The notes under the pieces: generated by a model
What the model was told of the DNA's origin: nothing
The model's database searches: none
What the model saw: the letters and a program-made list of their open reading frames with translations, nothing else
Position numbers and translations under genes: made by a program
In this document: in pieces, positions 7,964 through 14,739 of the stretch
Position numbering within the stretch: the first letter of the stretch is position 1
Layout: the number at the start of each line of letters is the position of its first letter
Assembly (NCBI GenBank): GCA_040384765.1
Contig: JAZKIQ010000006.1
Coordinates: 1-20,212, forward strand
Length of the DNA stretch: 20,212 bases
Reading direction: 5' to 3'
From: Patescibacteria group bacterium
GTDB taxonomy: Bacteria; Patescibacteriota; Minisyncoccia; Phycocordibacterales; JBBUBG01

Positions 7964-8860
7964 TTACTTCTTCCGGCTTGCCTCCACAAGCTCCTTGAGC
8001 TTTCCGATCCGCTTGATCGTGAGGTCGAACGACTCGACCACGGCCTTGATCTCGCGCTCGGAGCGGCTTGCCACCATCTCCCGCACGACATCTTTCGGCG
8101 TACCGAGCCACACCTCAAACTCACGCTCGGTGCGCGCGAGGAAGTTGCCGAACTTCTCGAACATCTTGTGCGGAGATTTCGAGTGGGGCTTGTGCTCCTT
8201 TCCGAGACCCGTAGTGAGCTGATCCGTAAGGAGCTTCGCCTGTGACAGCTTGAGCCCCTTCTTGAAGATCGCGGTCGCGATCTCTATCGCGAGATCCGGC
8301 CGATCTTCCGGCACCCGCAGGGTGATGTAGTGCGCTGCAGACATGGTAAGCCGCTCATCCTTCGGGATAGACGGCTCCATCATTGCCTGCACCTCCTTGG
8401 GCAGCCTCAGTATCGCGAGAAGCGAGATGATCCATGAGAGCGAGACGCCCATCATATCGGCAATCTCACCCGGCGTGTACTTCTTGCGCATCACGGCAAC
8501 GGCTCGCGCCTCGTCGATGTGAGAGAGCTCTTCGCGGCACCTGTTGGCGATAACCGCCATTGTGTACTGCTCGAATAGGTCGAGCTCGCCCTTGCGATTT
8601 CCTCGCACCACGAGCGCCGACTCCACACCCGCGAGCTTGCACGCGCGGTATCGCCGCTCGCCATCGATGAGCTCGAAATCATGCTCCGAGTCCCCATCGA
8701 GCTGCTTGACGAGAAGCGGAAGCAGGAGCCCGACCATCTTGATCGATCTGGCGAGACCCTTGAGATGCTCTTCGTCAAAATAGGTCCGAGGCTGGGTACG
8801 GAACGGCCGAATCCGCGAAAGTTCGACCTCGAACTCCCCCGGCACCTCGACCCTTTTCAT
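7964..8860 (-). CDS. ParB/RepB/Spo0J-family protein (CTP-binding domain plus HTH), no adjacent parA
   Basis: Box I-like IRPFRTQPRTYFD...LARSIKMVGLLLPLLV, Box II GERRYRA, then IANRCREELSHIDEA and an HTH (TPGEIADMMGVSLSWI). Start at ATG 8860; the longer ORF-track extension is antisense to the sigma gene. Confidence 0.9.
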   Translation of the reverse strand: MKRVEVPGEFEVELSRIRPFRTQPRTYFDEEHLKGLARSIKMVGLLLPLLVKQLDGDSEHDFELIDGERRYRACKLAGVESALVVRGNRKGELDLFEQYTMAVIANRCREELSHIDEARAVAVMRKKYTPGEIADMMGVSLSWIISLLAILRLPKEVQAMMEPSIPKDERLTMSAAHYITLRVPEDRPDLAIEIATAIFKKGLKLSQAKLLTDQLTTGLGKEHKPHSKSPHKMFEKFGNFLARTEREFEVWLGTPKDVVREMVASRSEREIKAVVESFDLTIKRIGKLKELVEASRKK

Positions 8861-9004
8861 GGTGAGCGTTGTGATAGAGGCCTCCTTTTTGACACAAATC
8901 AGTCGTTCTCTTCCTTCGCCACAATGCGGTAGATAATTGTGCTTTGCAAGGAAATGCGTATTGTTGGGAAGGAACAACAAGTTCAAATGAAAGGAGGAAG
9001 TACG

Positions 9005-9676
9005 ATGAATCTCCCGCTTCCACGTGTGGAAAAATCTCGGGCTTCTTCCGAAGAAGCACCCTTCGACCACGATACCTTGGCAGCACTCGCGATACCTCAT
9101 GCGCGCAAAATTGCCGAACGATACGCGGGAAGGTCTAATGGCGCATTTCACCCCGACGATCTCTTTTCTGCAGGGCTCGAAGGTATCCGACATGCACTGA
9201 CGTCCTTCAACCCTTCCATCAATCCAAACTTCTTTGGATATGCAGACCACATCATCCGACAGTACATGTGGAAGGAGATGCGAAAGCTCCGGTGGGGCCT
9301 CGGCAACCAGCTTGATCGCAAGAAAAAAGGGCTTGCTGCTCGCAACATCAGGGTCATCAGCCTTGATGCGGCGTCTGGATTCGATAGCGAGCAAACAAGG
9401 GCAAACTATACCCCTGACACGCAAGCACGTGATCCCTTCGATATCGTTTCAGAATCAATGCGACAGGAGCATTTCGAGGCAGCCGTGCGCGAGCTCATCC
9501 CACGGCTCGCATTCAAGGAACGGCTCGTGCTTGAGATGCTCTTTTACGAAAACAAAAGTGCACGCGAGATCTCCGAAGAGCTTCGGATGAATATCAACAC
9601 CATTAAAAGCATCTTGCGACGTCAGGTGCTTCATGCGCTCGGGCGACATCTCTCACATCTGCGCGAGCACGTCTAG
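9005..9676 (+). CDS. Alternative sigma70-family RNA polymerase sigma factor (FliA/WhiG/SigF-like size, divergent)
   Basis: SD AAAGGAGG before ATG 9005. Region 2 DDLFSAGLEGIRHALTSFNP..NFFGYADHIIR, ISLD motif, region 4 LAFKERLVLEMLFYENKSAREISEEL. 223 aa. Confidence 0.85.
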   Translation: MNLPLPRVEKSRASSEEAPFDHDTLAALAIPHARKIAERYAGRSNGAFHPDDLFSAGLEGIRHALTSFNPSINPNFFGYADHIIRQYMWKEMRKLRWGLGNQLDRKKKGLAARNIRVISLDAASGFDSEQTRANYTPDTQARDPFDIVSESMRQEHFEAAVRELIPRLAFKERLVLEMLFYENKSAREISEELRMNINTIKSILRRQVLHALGRHLSHLREHV

Positions 9677-9687
9677 AACGCAGAAAT

Positions 9688-9722
9688 GCCCCAGGGATCT
9701 CCTATCCCTGGGGTTTGTTTTT
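9688..9722 (+). terminator. Terminator of the sigma factor gene
   Basis: GCCCCAGGGAT-ctcct-ATCCCTGGGGT followed by TTGTTTTT. Confidence 0.8.
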
Positions 9723-9735
9723 ATATTCCATACAG

Positions 9736-9767
9736 AAAAGTCCGGCCGCTCAAGAGAACGGCCGGAC
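9736..9767 (-). terminator. Terminator of the 9789..10145 gene
   Basis: GTCCGGCCG (9740-9748) / CGGCCGGAC (9759-9767) followed by TTTT on the minus strand. Confidence 0.65.
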
Positions 9768-9788
9768 CCGGAGGCCTCACGAGAATGA

Positions 9789-10145
9789 CTACTTGGATAC
9801 CTTCTTATGGCGGCGATGAATGCGCGTGGCATACACGACAAACTCGCGGGGCGTACCACCCGCCATCACAAAAAGTCGAATGGCGCTCACGATCACCCGT
9901 GCGGCAAGGCGCTTCATACGATCGCGCTGTCGCTTGTCGAGAAGCGCGCTTCGATGATGCGCGTGACGTTCGTGGATTCGCGCGAGATCGCCTGCGCGAT
10001 GACTGATGTGGTAGCTCATATGCACGAGGGCAAAATCCACCACCTCGGCCGAACTCTTCCCTTTGAGCTTCGGGTACTCCTTCGCATCAAAGGGCCACCA
10101 TCGCATGAGCGCCAAGAAGAGCGTTTGCACCAGCTTGATCTGCAT
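9789..10145 (-). CDS. Hypothetical basic, His-rich helical protein
   Basis: 118 aa from ATG 10145 with SD GGAGGAGG; has its own promoter and terminator. Confidence 0.75.
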   Translation of the reverse strand: MQIKLVQTLFLALMRWWPFDAKEYPKLKGKSSAEVVDFALVHMSYHISHRAGDLARIHERHAHHRSALLDKRQRDRMKRLAARVIVSAIRLFVMAGGTPREFVVYATRIHRRHKKVSK

Positions 10146-10182
10146 CTCTGCCTCCTCCATAGAGCAACTAAAGACTGGATTG

Positions 10183-10211
10183 AAACTACGAGAGATCGAC
10201 CACCCCGTCAA
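10183..10211 (-). promoter_or_regulatory. Sigma70-type promoter of the 9789..10145 gene
   Basis: TTGACG (10211-10206), 17 nt, TAGTTT (10188-10183). Confidence 0.5.
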
Positions 10212-10256
10212 GCGAAAAAAAATTGGCCTTGCCTATTAAAAGATATGTTCACGATA

Positions 10257-10294
10257 CAAAACAAAAACGCCCCTTTCGGGGCGTTTTTGTTTTG
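10257..10294 (-). terminator. Terminator of the cold-shock gene
   Basis: CAAAACAAAAACGCCCC-tttc-GGGGCGTTTTTGTTTTG. Confidence 0.85.
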
Positions 10295-10308
10295 GTAAGA
10301 CCTAAGTC

Positions 10309-10512
10309 TTAGCCAATCTTCGTTACCTTGAGGGCGTTTGGTCCTTTTGGGGACTCACCAACCTCGAAAGAAACTTTGTCACCTTCACGGAGCTGGTCGA
10401 AAGAGATTCCGACAACTTCGTTTGAGTGGAAGAAGAGGTCCTTTGTCTGACCCTCCTGTTTAATGAACCCGAAACCGTTTGGGGTAATGCGGGCAATTAT
10501 TCCTTCTGACAT
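10309..10512 (-). CDS. cspA: Cold-shock protein (CspA family)
   Basis: 67 aa, RNP1 NGFGFI, RNP2 LFFH, C-terminal KGPNALKV. The symbol is family-level. Confidence 0.93.
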   Translation of the reverse strand: MSEGIIARITPNGFGFIKQEGQTKDLFFHSNEVVGISFDQLREGDKVSFEVGESPKGPNALKVTKIG

Positions 10513-10611
10513 ATTGTGTTCTATGTAGTTCTACCTAGTAATGTATCAACTACAGTATGCCGAGATAATGCTTCGATCCACATTGGATCACAGCACTGAA
10601 TTGATACGGGC

Positions 10612-10639
10612 ATTATATCATATCTGTTTCGTTTGTCAA
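10612..10639 (-). promoter_or_regulatory. Consensus sigma70 promoter of the csp gene
   Basis: TTGACA (10639-10634), 16 nt, TATAAT (10617-10612) with extended TG; implies a 5' UTR of about 93 nt. Confidence 0.75.
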
Positions 10640-10691
10640 TCAGTATCTAAGACCAGTTTCTTAAGATTGTGCCCGCCCTAAAGGAGTCCGC

Positions 10692-10724
10692 AAGAAAAAG
10701 ACCGCCTTGAGCGGTCTTTTTCTT
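10692..10724 (-). terminator. Terminator of ssrA
   Basis: AAGAAAAAGACCGC-cttga-GCGGTCTTTTTCTT, directly after the tmRNA 3' end. Confidence 0.85.
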
Positions 10725-10735
10725 CTGTTGTTTTG

Positions 10736-11127
10736 TGGAGATGGACGGAATCGAACCGTCGTGCAAAGCGAGGAACTACTACACTTCTACATGTGTGTCA
10801 CAGCTTGCATGTGTTTAGGCGCGGGTTGTGAAAAACTGTGCGAAACCAACCGCGGCCGAGCCTTGATAAGATTCGCATCGAGGTCAAGACACCCCTCGGA
10901 GCTAGTCTCGAAATATTACGCCCGGCCCTCCCCTACGAGACGGCAGGAAGGCGGACGGCACTCGTCTTTAAGCGAATGCGAGAGACATGCCATTTACCGA
11001 AGCAAATGGTGAACGTACTCCCTGAGCAGATGCTTTTGCATTGCTTGTTGCCGGAAGTTTTACGAGAATTCCGACATCCTCGACATGCATATAGTAGACG
11101 TGCGCTCTGTCAAAGCCGATCATCCCC
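10736..11127 (-). ncRNA. ssrA: tmRNA
   Basis: 5' GGGGATGATCGGCTTTGAC and 3' GACGGTTCGATTCCGTCCATCTCCA form an acceptor stem with G3.U and a T-arm. Internal tag ORF ends ...CTC GCA TTC GCT TAA. 392 nt; smpB is nearby. Confidence 0.96.
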
Positions 11128-11145
11128 ATTTCAATGAACCGCTCA

Positions 11146-11173
11146 ATTATACCCTATTTTTGAGAAAAATCAA
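11146..11173 (-). promoter_or_regulatory. ssrA promoter
   Basis: TTGATT (11173-11168), 16 nt, TATAAT (11151-11146). Confidence 0.6.
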
Positions 11174-11195
11174 GCCCAAACGATAGCTCGCGTAG

Positions 11196-11969
11196 CTACC
11201 TCCCAATCGTTTGCTCATAGAGATACTGTTTGCGCAAAAAGGTGCGCGGCGTCGCCCCAGCTGACACGATTTCGGTAGCTGCAAACGGCCCGACATAGCG
11301 AAAATGCCACGGCTCGTAGTTATATTCGCTCTCTACCTTCTTCCCTTTCGGATAGCTCATCACAAAGCCGTAGCGCGAGGAGTTTTCTCGCAGCCACACC
11401 CCTTCTTTCGAGTCGCCGAAGCGCGGGTCAACCGAAGCGTAGCCGATCGACTTGCCCGTGAGATCAACCGCCGTCCCAAGCTGATGTTCCGAATGGCCCG
11501 GCTCTGCAATCTCCTCAGGCGCGTCTGCCCCCTCTACGCTTAGCCAAAAATGAAAGAGCGTCTTCTGGCGAGCGGCGGTGCGAAAGCCAGAGGTCACCCC
11601 AAGATGTACCCCCTTGGCTTCGGCAGCCCTAAACATCGAGACAAGCGACTCCGCCGCCACTTCGCGCAAGCAGATGGTGCCGTTTGTGCGCACATGCACG
11701 GAGAGATCGATGAGCGTTGAGGGAACATACTCAGATGGCAAACCGTACGTACGATCGATGAGGTGGAGGAGGTTGTCGAAAATGCTCGCATCCGAGAGAT
11801 CAGGACATCGTGCTTTTTCCGCGCGTGCCGAGCTCGCCACGCCCGCAATAGCGGCAGCACCCTCCTTTGAAAAAGAATCTGGCTTCACCGCAACAAAGTG
11901 AGCGAGAAGTCCAAGAGCAAGAAGAGCGCTAAATAAAATACCTACGTGCCGTTTGGTAGCGCGCCGCAT
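11196..11969 (-). CDS. D-alanyl-D-alanine carboxypeptidase, VanY / M15B family
   Basis: SGFRT, PGHSEHQLGTAVD (SxHxxGxAxD) and EPWHFRYVG (ExxH); N-terminal TM anchor. Confidence 0.92.
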   Translation of the reverse strand: MRRATKRHVGILFSALLALGLLAHFVAVKPDSFSKEGAAAIAGVASSARAEKARCPDLSDASIFDNLLHLIDRTYGLPSEYVPSTLIDLSVHVRTNGTICLREVAAESLVSMFRAAEAKGVHLGVTSGFRTAARQKTLFHFWLSVEGADAPEEIAEPGHSEHQLGTAVDLTGKSIGYASVDPRFGDSKEGVWLRENSSRYGFVMSYPKGKKVESEYNYEPWHFRYVGPFAATEIVSAGATPRTFLRKQYLYEQTIGR

Positions 11970-12025
11970 ATTGAATCAGTATAGCAACCGAAACACATTC
12001 GAGCAGTTCCAAAAATTCTTCTCAC

Positions 12026-12059
12026 AAAAAAGCGCGCTTCGAACGAATCCGAAGCGCGC
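12026..12059 (-). terminator. Terminator after the nucleotidyltransferase gene
   Basis: GCGCGCTTCG (12032-12041) / CGAAGCGCGC (12050-12059) followed by a T6 run on the minus strand. Confidence 0.7.
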
Positions 12060-12083
12060 CACCGACCGGAAACCTGCGTCAGC

Positions 12084-12860
12084 CTACGAAGCGACGGGCT
12101 CGGTCGGAATGAGACCACGGAACCAAGCAAGGACACGCTCCCTCCATCCGAGCAAGGTACCCACGAAGGGAGTGTGCTCGCGCTTTGCGAGTGCGACCGA
12201 AGCGCGCACGAGGTCTTTGGGATAGCCGACTGGTACCCAGAAGTGCGACTTCACCGCAGTCATCTCGTACCAGTTGAGCGAGGCAGCGATCGAATCGGTG
12301 AGCACATGCTCTCCCTTGGCATCGGGCTTGGGCCAGTAGGTAAAAATATTGGTATCGAGGAGGTACACCCCGACCGCAGCCAGATTGGAAGAAGCCACTT
12401 TCGGCTTTTCCACGATCGCCTTCACTGTGCCGGCGTGGCTGGCGTACACGATGCCGAATCGCGAAGGATCGGCCACCTCATGCACGAGGAGCCCTCGATC
12501 ATAGCGCAGGAGCTCCTTGATAGCATTCGGATCGTGTAGATCATCTGCATAGCCCAGCAAGAATCGCTCGCCCGTCCGCATCCGATCGCGACACTGCCAG
12601 AGCGCGCCCGCCGTACCCCGCTCAGGCCCCTGCCGGATGTATGTGATCTCGCGGCCTGCATAGGTGCTGCCGAGCCCCTTCTCGATCTTCTCGGCGAGGT
12701 AGTCCGTCACTACGATGACCTCCGTCACTTCCATGGGAAGCGCGTCGATCATATGGCAAATGAGCGCCTTGCCCCGCACACGGAGCATCGGCTTCGGCAC
12801 CGTCTCTGTGAGCGGACGCATTCGCTCGCCCTTTCCTGCTGCAAGAATGATCGCCTTCAT
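12084..12860 (-). CDS. Sugar-phosphate nucleotidyltransferase (NTP_transferase family)
   Basis: MKAIILAAGKGERMRPLT..PKPM signature, GTAGAL, IVEKP. Substrate cannot be assigned. Confidence 0.9.
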   Translation of the reverse strand: MKAIILAAGKGERMRPLTETVPKPMLRVRGKALICHMIDALPMEVTEVIVVTDYLAEKIEKGLGSTYAGREITYIRQGPERGTAGALWQCRDRMRTGERFLLGYADDLHDPNAIKELLRYDRGLLVHEVADPSRFGIVYASHAGTVKAIVEKPKVASSNLAAVGVYLLDTNIFTYWPKPDAKGEHVLTDSIAASLNWYEMTAVKSHFWVPVGYPKDLVRASVALAKREHTPFVGTLLGWRERVLAWFRGLIPTEPVAS

Positions 12861-12969
12861 ATCACAATACCCCCAAAGGTATCCCTGGTTAGTGGTTCTC
12901 TACTGTTGCTTCTCGAACTCTGCCGTGAATTATGACGCCGGTCCCGGAAGGCAGTTACAAAGAGATATG

Positions 12970-13416
12970 TTAGCGAGCGCTCATCTCGCGGCGAATATCG
13001 CGGTCCACTTCACGCTTTTTGATCGATTCGCGTTTGTCGTGCTTTTTCTTGTGGCGGCCTACCCCTATCTCAAGCTTGATCAGATTGTTCTTTGTATAAA
13101 AAGAGAGCGGCACGAGCGACTGGCCTTTTTGAGATTCGATACCGAGAAGTGTGTCGATCTCGTCGCGCCGCAGGAGCAGGCGGCGGGCGCGAGTGGCATC
13201 GTACCCCGCAGCCGTATTTGCCACCTGATAGGGAGGGATCGTGGCCCCCAGAAGGAACGCCTCGGCTCCCCGAATCCCGACCGAGGCCCCATCAAGGGAA
13301 CCTTGGCCGTTTTTGAGAGATTTTACCTCAAAGCCAAAAAGCTCGATTCCTGCGTCGAATCGATCGGTGATCTCCCATGAAATATGGGCTTTTTTGTTAG
13401 CTACGAGGGTTGCCAT
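12970..13416 (-). CDS. smpB: SsrA-binding protein SmpB
   Basis: NKKA, AGIELFGFEVKSLK, RRLLL and the C-terminal tail HDKRESIK. Confidence 0.97.
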   Translation of the reverse strand: MATLVANKKAHISWEITDRFDAGIELFGFEVKSLKNGQGSLDGASVGIRGAEAFLLGATIPPYQVANTAAGYDATRARRLLLRRDEIDTLLGIESQKGQSLVPLSFYTKNNLIKLEIGVGRHKKKHDKRESIKKREVDRDIRREMSAR

Positions 13417-13434
13417 GGCGCCAGTCTAGCATAG

Positions 13435-13463
13435 TTGACGGTCTTCTATAAATACGCTAGGAT
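13435..13463 (+). promoter_or_regulatory. Promoter of the infC-rpmI-rplT operon
   Basis: TTGACG (13435-13440), 17 nt, TAGGAT (13458-13463). Confidence 0.6.
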
Positions 13464-13505
13464 TGGCCATACTAACGCCTTTTCGGGCGATAGAACCGTA
13501 CCATA

Positions 13506-14081
13506 TTGAAAGGACCATCTTTGCGCATCAACCACCAGATTCGAGCGACCACGCTACGCGTGATCGACGATGAAGAGGGAAACCTCGGGGTGATGACGCG
13601 CGAGGAGGCAATGAGGCTGGCTGTAGGAAAGAACCTCGACTTGATCGAGATCTCTCCAAACGCCGTGCCGCCAGTCGCCAAGATCATGGAGTACGGCAAG
13701 TATCAGTACCTCGAAAACAAGAAGCAGAAGAAAAACAGGACGAAGGCGCACACCGTAGAGACGAAGAATCTCCAGGTGAAGATCGCCACCGGCGAGCACG
13801 ATCTTGAGCTCAAGGCAAAGCAAGCCTCGAAGTTTCTCAAGGAGGGCAACCGCGTAAAGATCGACCTGTTTCTCCCCGGCCGAGCCAAATATCTGGATAT
13901 CAAATTCCTGAAAGAGAGGCTCGAACGCGTACTGCTCCTTATCACCGAGCCGTACAAAGTTGCCGATCCGGCAAAGAAGAGCCCGAAAGGCCTCACGGTT
14001 ATTATAGAGCGCGCAGTTCCGACAGGCACCGCACCCTCGCAAGAGTCACAAGCACCAGAAGACAATGGCAACCAAAACTAA
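13506..14081 (+). CDS. infC: Translation initiation factor IF-3 (non-AUG start, exact codon uncertain)
   Basis: RINHQIR, LDLIEISPNAVPPVAKIMEYGKYQY, HDLELK..A.KFL.EG..VK; first gene of infC-rpmI-rplT. Confidence 0.96.
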   Translation: MKGPSLRINHQIRATTLRVIDDEEGNLGVMTREEAMRLAVGKNLDLIEISPNAVPPVAKIMEYGKYQYLENKKQKKNRTKAHTVETKNLQVKIATGEHDLELKAKQASKFLKEGNRVKIDLFLPGRAKYLDIKFLKERLERVLLLITEPYKVADPAKKSPKGLTVIIERAVPTGTAPSQESQAPEDNGNQN

Positions 14082-14256
14082 CAAAATGTTCACGAAGCGC
14101 CTCAAGGTCACCAAAAATGGCAAGGTGCTTGCTCGTCCTGGCGGAAAGAACCATTTTAATGCAAAGGAGAAGCGCCGCACCCAGCTTGCCAACAAGCGGT
14201 ACCGAAACTTCAACATCTCGGCAAACGATATTGGCCACTATATGCCGAATGCATAA
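14065..14256 (+). CDS. rpmI: 50S ribosomal protein L35
   Basis: KTNK...KRLKVTKNGKV...NH..AK pattern, 63 aa, located between infC and rplT. Confidence 0.93.
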   Translation: MATKTNKMFTKRLKVTKNGKVLARPGGKNHFNAKEKRRTQLANKRYRNFNISANDIGHYMPNA

Positions 14257-14283
14257 ACTGATAACGAATAACTTATAACGTAT
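14256..14283 (+). repeat. Four imperfect tandem heptamers filling the rpmI-rplT spacer
   Basis: AACTGAT AACGAAT AACTTAT AACGTAT; the last unit overlaps the rplT ATG. Confidence 0.7.
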
Positions 14284-14623
14284 GTCACGAGTTAAAAAGG
14301 GAGTAAACGCAAATAAGTCACGACGCAACCTGCTCAAGCAGGCAAAGGGTTTTCGATTCGGCCGCAGCACCAAGGAGAAGCAGGCTCGTGAAGCGCTCGC
14401 TCATGCAGGCGCATACGCTTTTGCCCACCGCCGCGACAAGAAAAACGACTACCGCCGCCTCTGGCAGACCCGCATCTCAGCTGGTGTTGTGCCACTCGGC
14501 CTCTCATACAGCAAGTTTATGGGCGCTCTTAAGGCAAAAGGTATCCTCCTCGACCGCAAAGTCCTCGCCTATCTCGCAGACAAGGAACCAGCGACGCTCG
14601 GAAGATTGGTGAAGAGTCTCTAG
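14282..14623 (+). CDS. rplT: 50S ribosomal protein L20
   Basis: MSRVKKG, AKGF, YAFAHRRDKKNDYRRLWQTRI, SYSKFM, LDRKVLA. Confidence 0.97.
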   Translation: MSRVKKGVNANKSRRNLLKQAKGFRFGRSTKEKQAREALAHAGAYAFAHRRDKKNDYRRLWQTRISAGVVPLGLSYSKFMGALKAKGILLDRKVLAYLADKEPATLGRLVKSL

Positions 14624-14654
14624 TTTCAAGAGGTTCAAGGTTTTAGGTTCTAGC

Positions 14655-14685
14655 AACAAGCCGCCCTCCGGGCGGCTTGTTTGTT
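14655..14685 (+). terminator. Terminator of the infC-rpmI-rplT operon
   Basis: AACAAGCCGCCC-tcc-GGGCGGCTTGTT followed by TGTT. Confidence 0.8.
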
Positions 14686-14739
14686 CCCATTCTTAAACCT
14701 AGAACCTTTCTCAAGCATTCGTGTATAATCACATTCACG

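Noticed and set aside
8861-9424. 188-aa N-terminal extension of the ParB ORF in the ORF track
   Set aside because: It is antisense to the sigma factor gene, and ParB similarity starts only at Met 8860.
1967-10736. Genomic island integrated at the tmRNA or tRNA 3' end
   Set aside because: No duplicated 3' fragment (att site) or integrase is visible, and core genes such as ftsH and csp lie within the interval.
10707-11137. Plus-strand ORFs 10707..11012 and 10838..11137
   Set aside because: Antisense to the tmRNA gene.
11196-11969. Vancomycin resistance locus
   Set aside because: Only a VanY-family peptidase is present, with no vanA/H/X/R/S; M15B enzymes are common housekeeping proteins.
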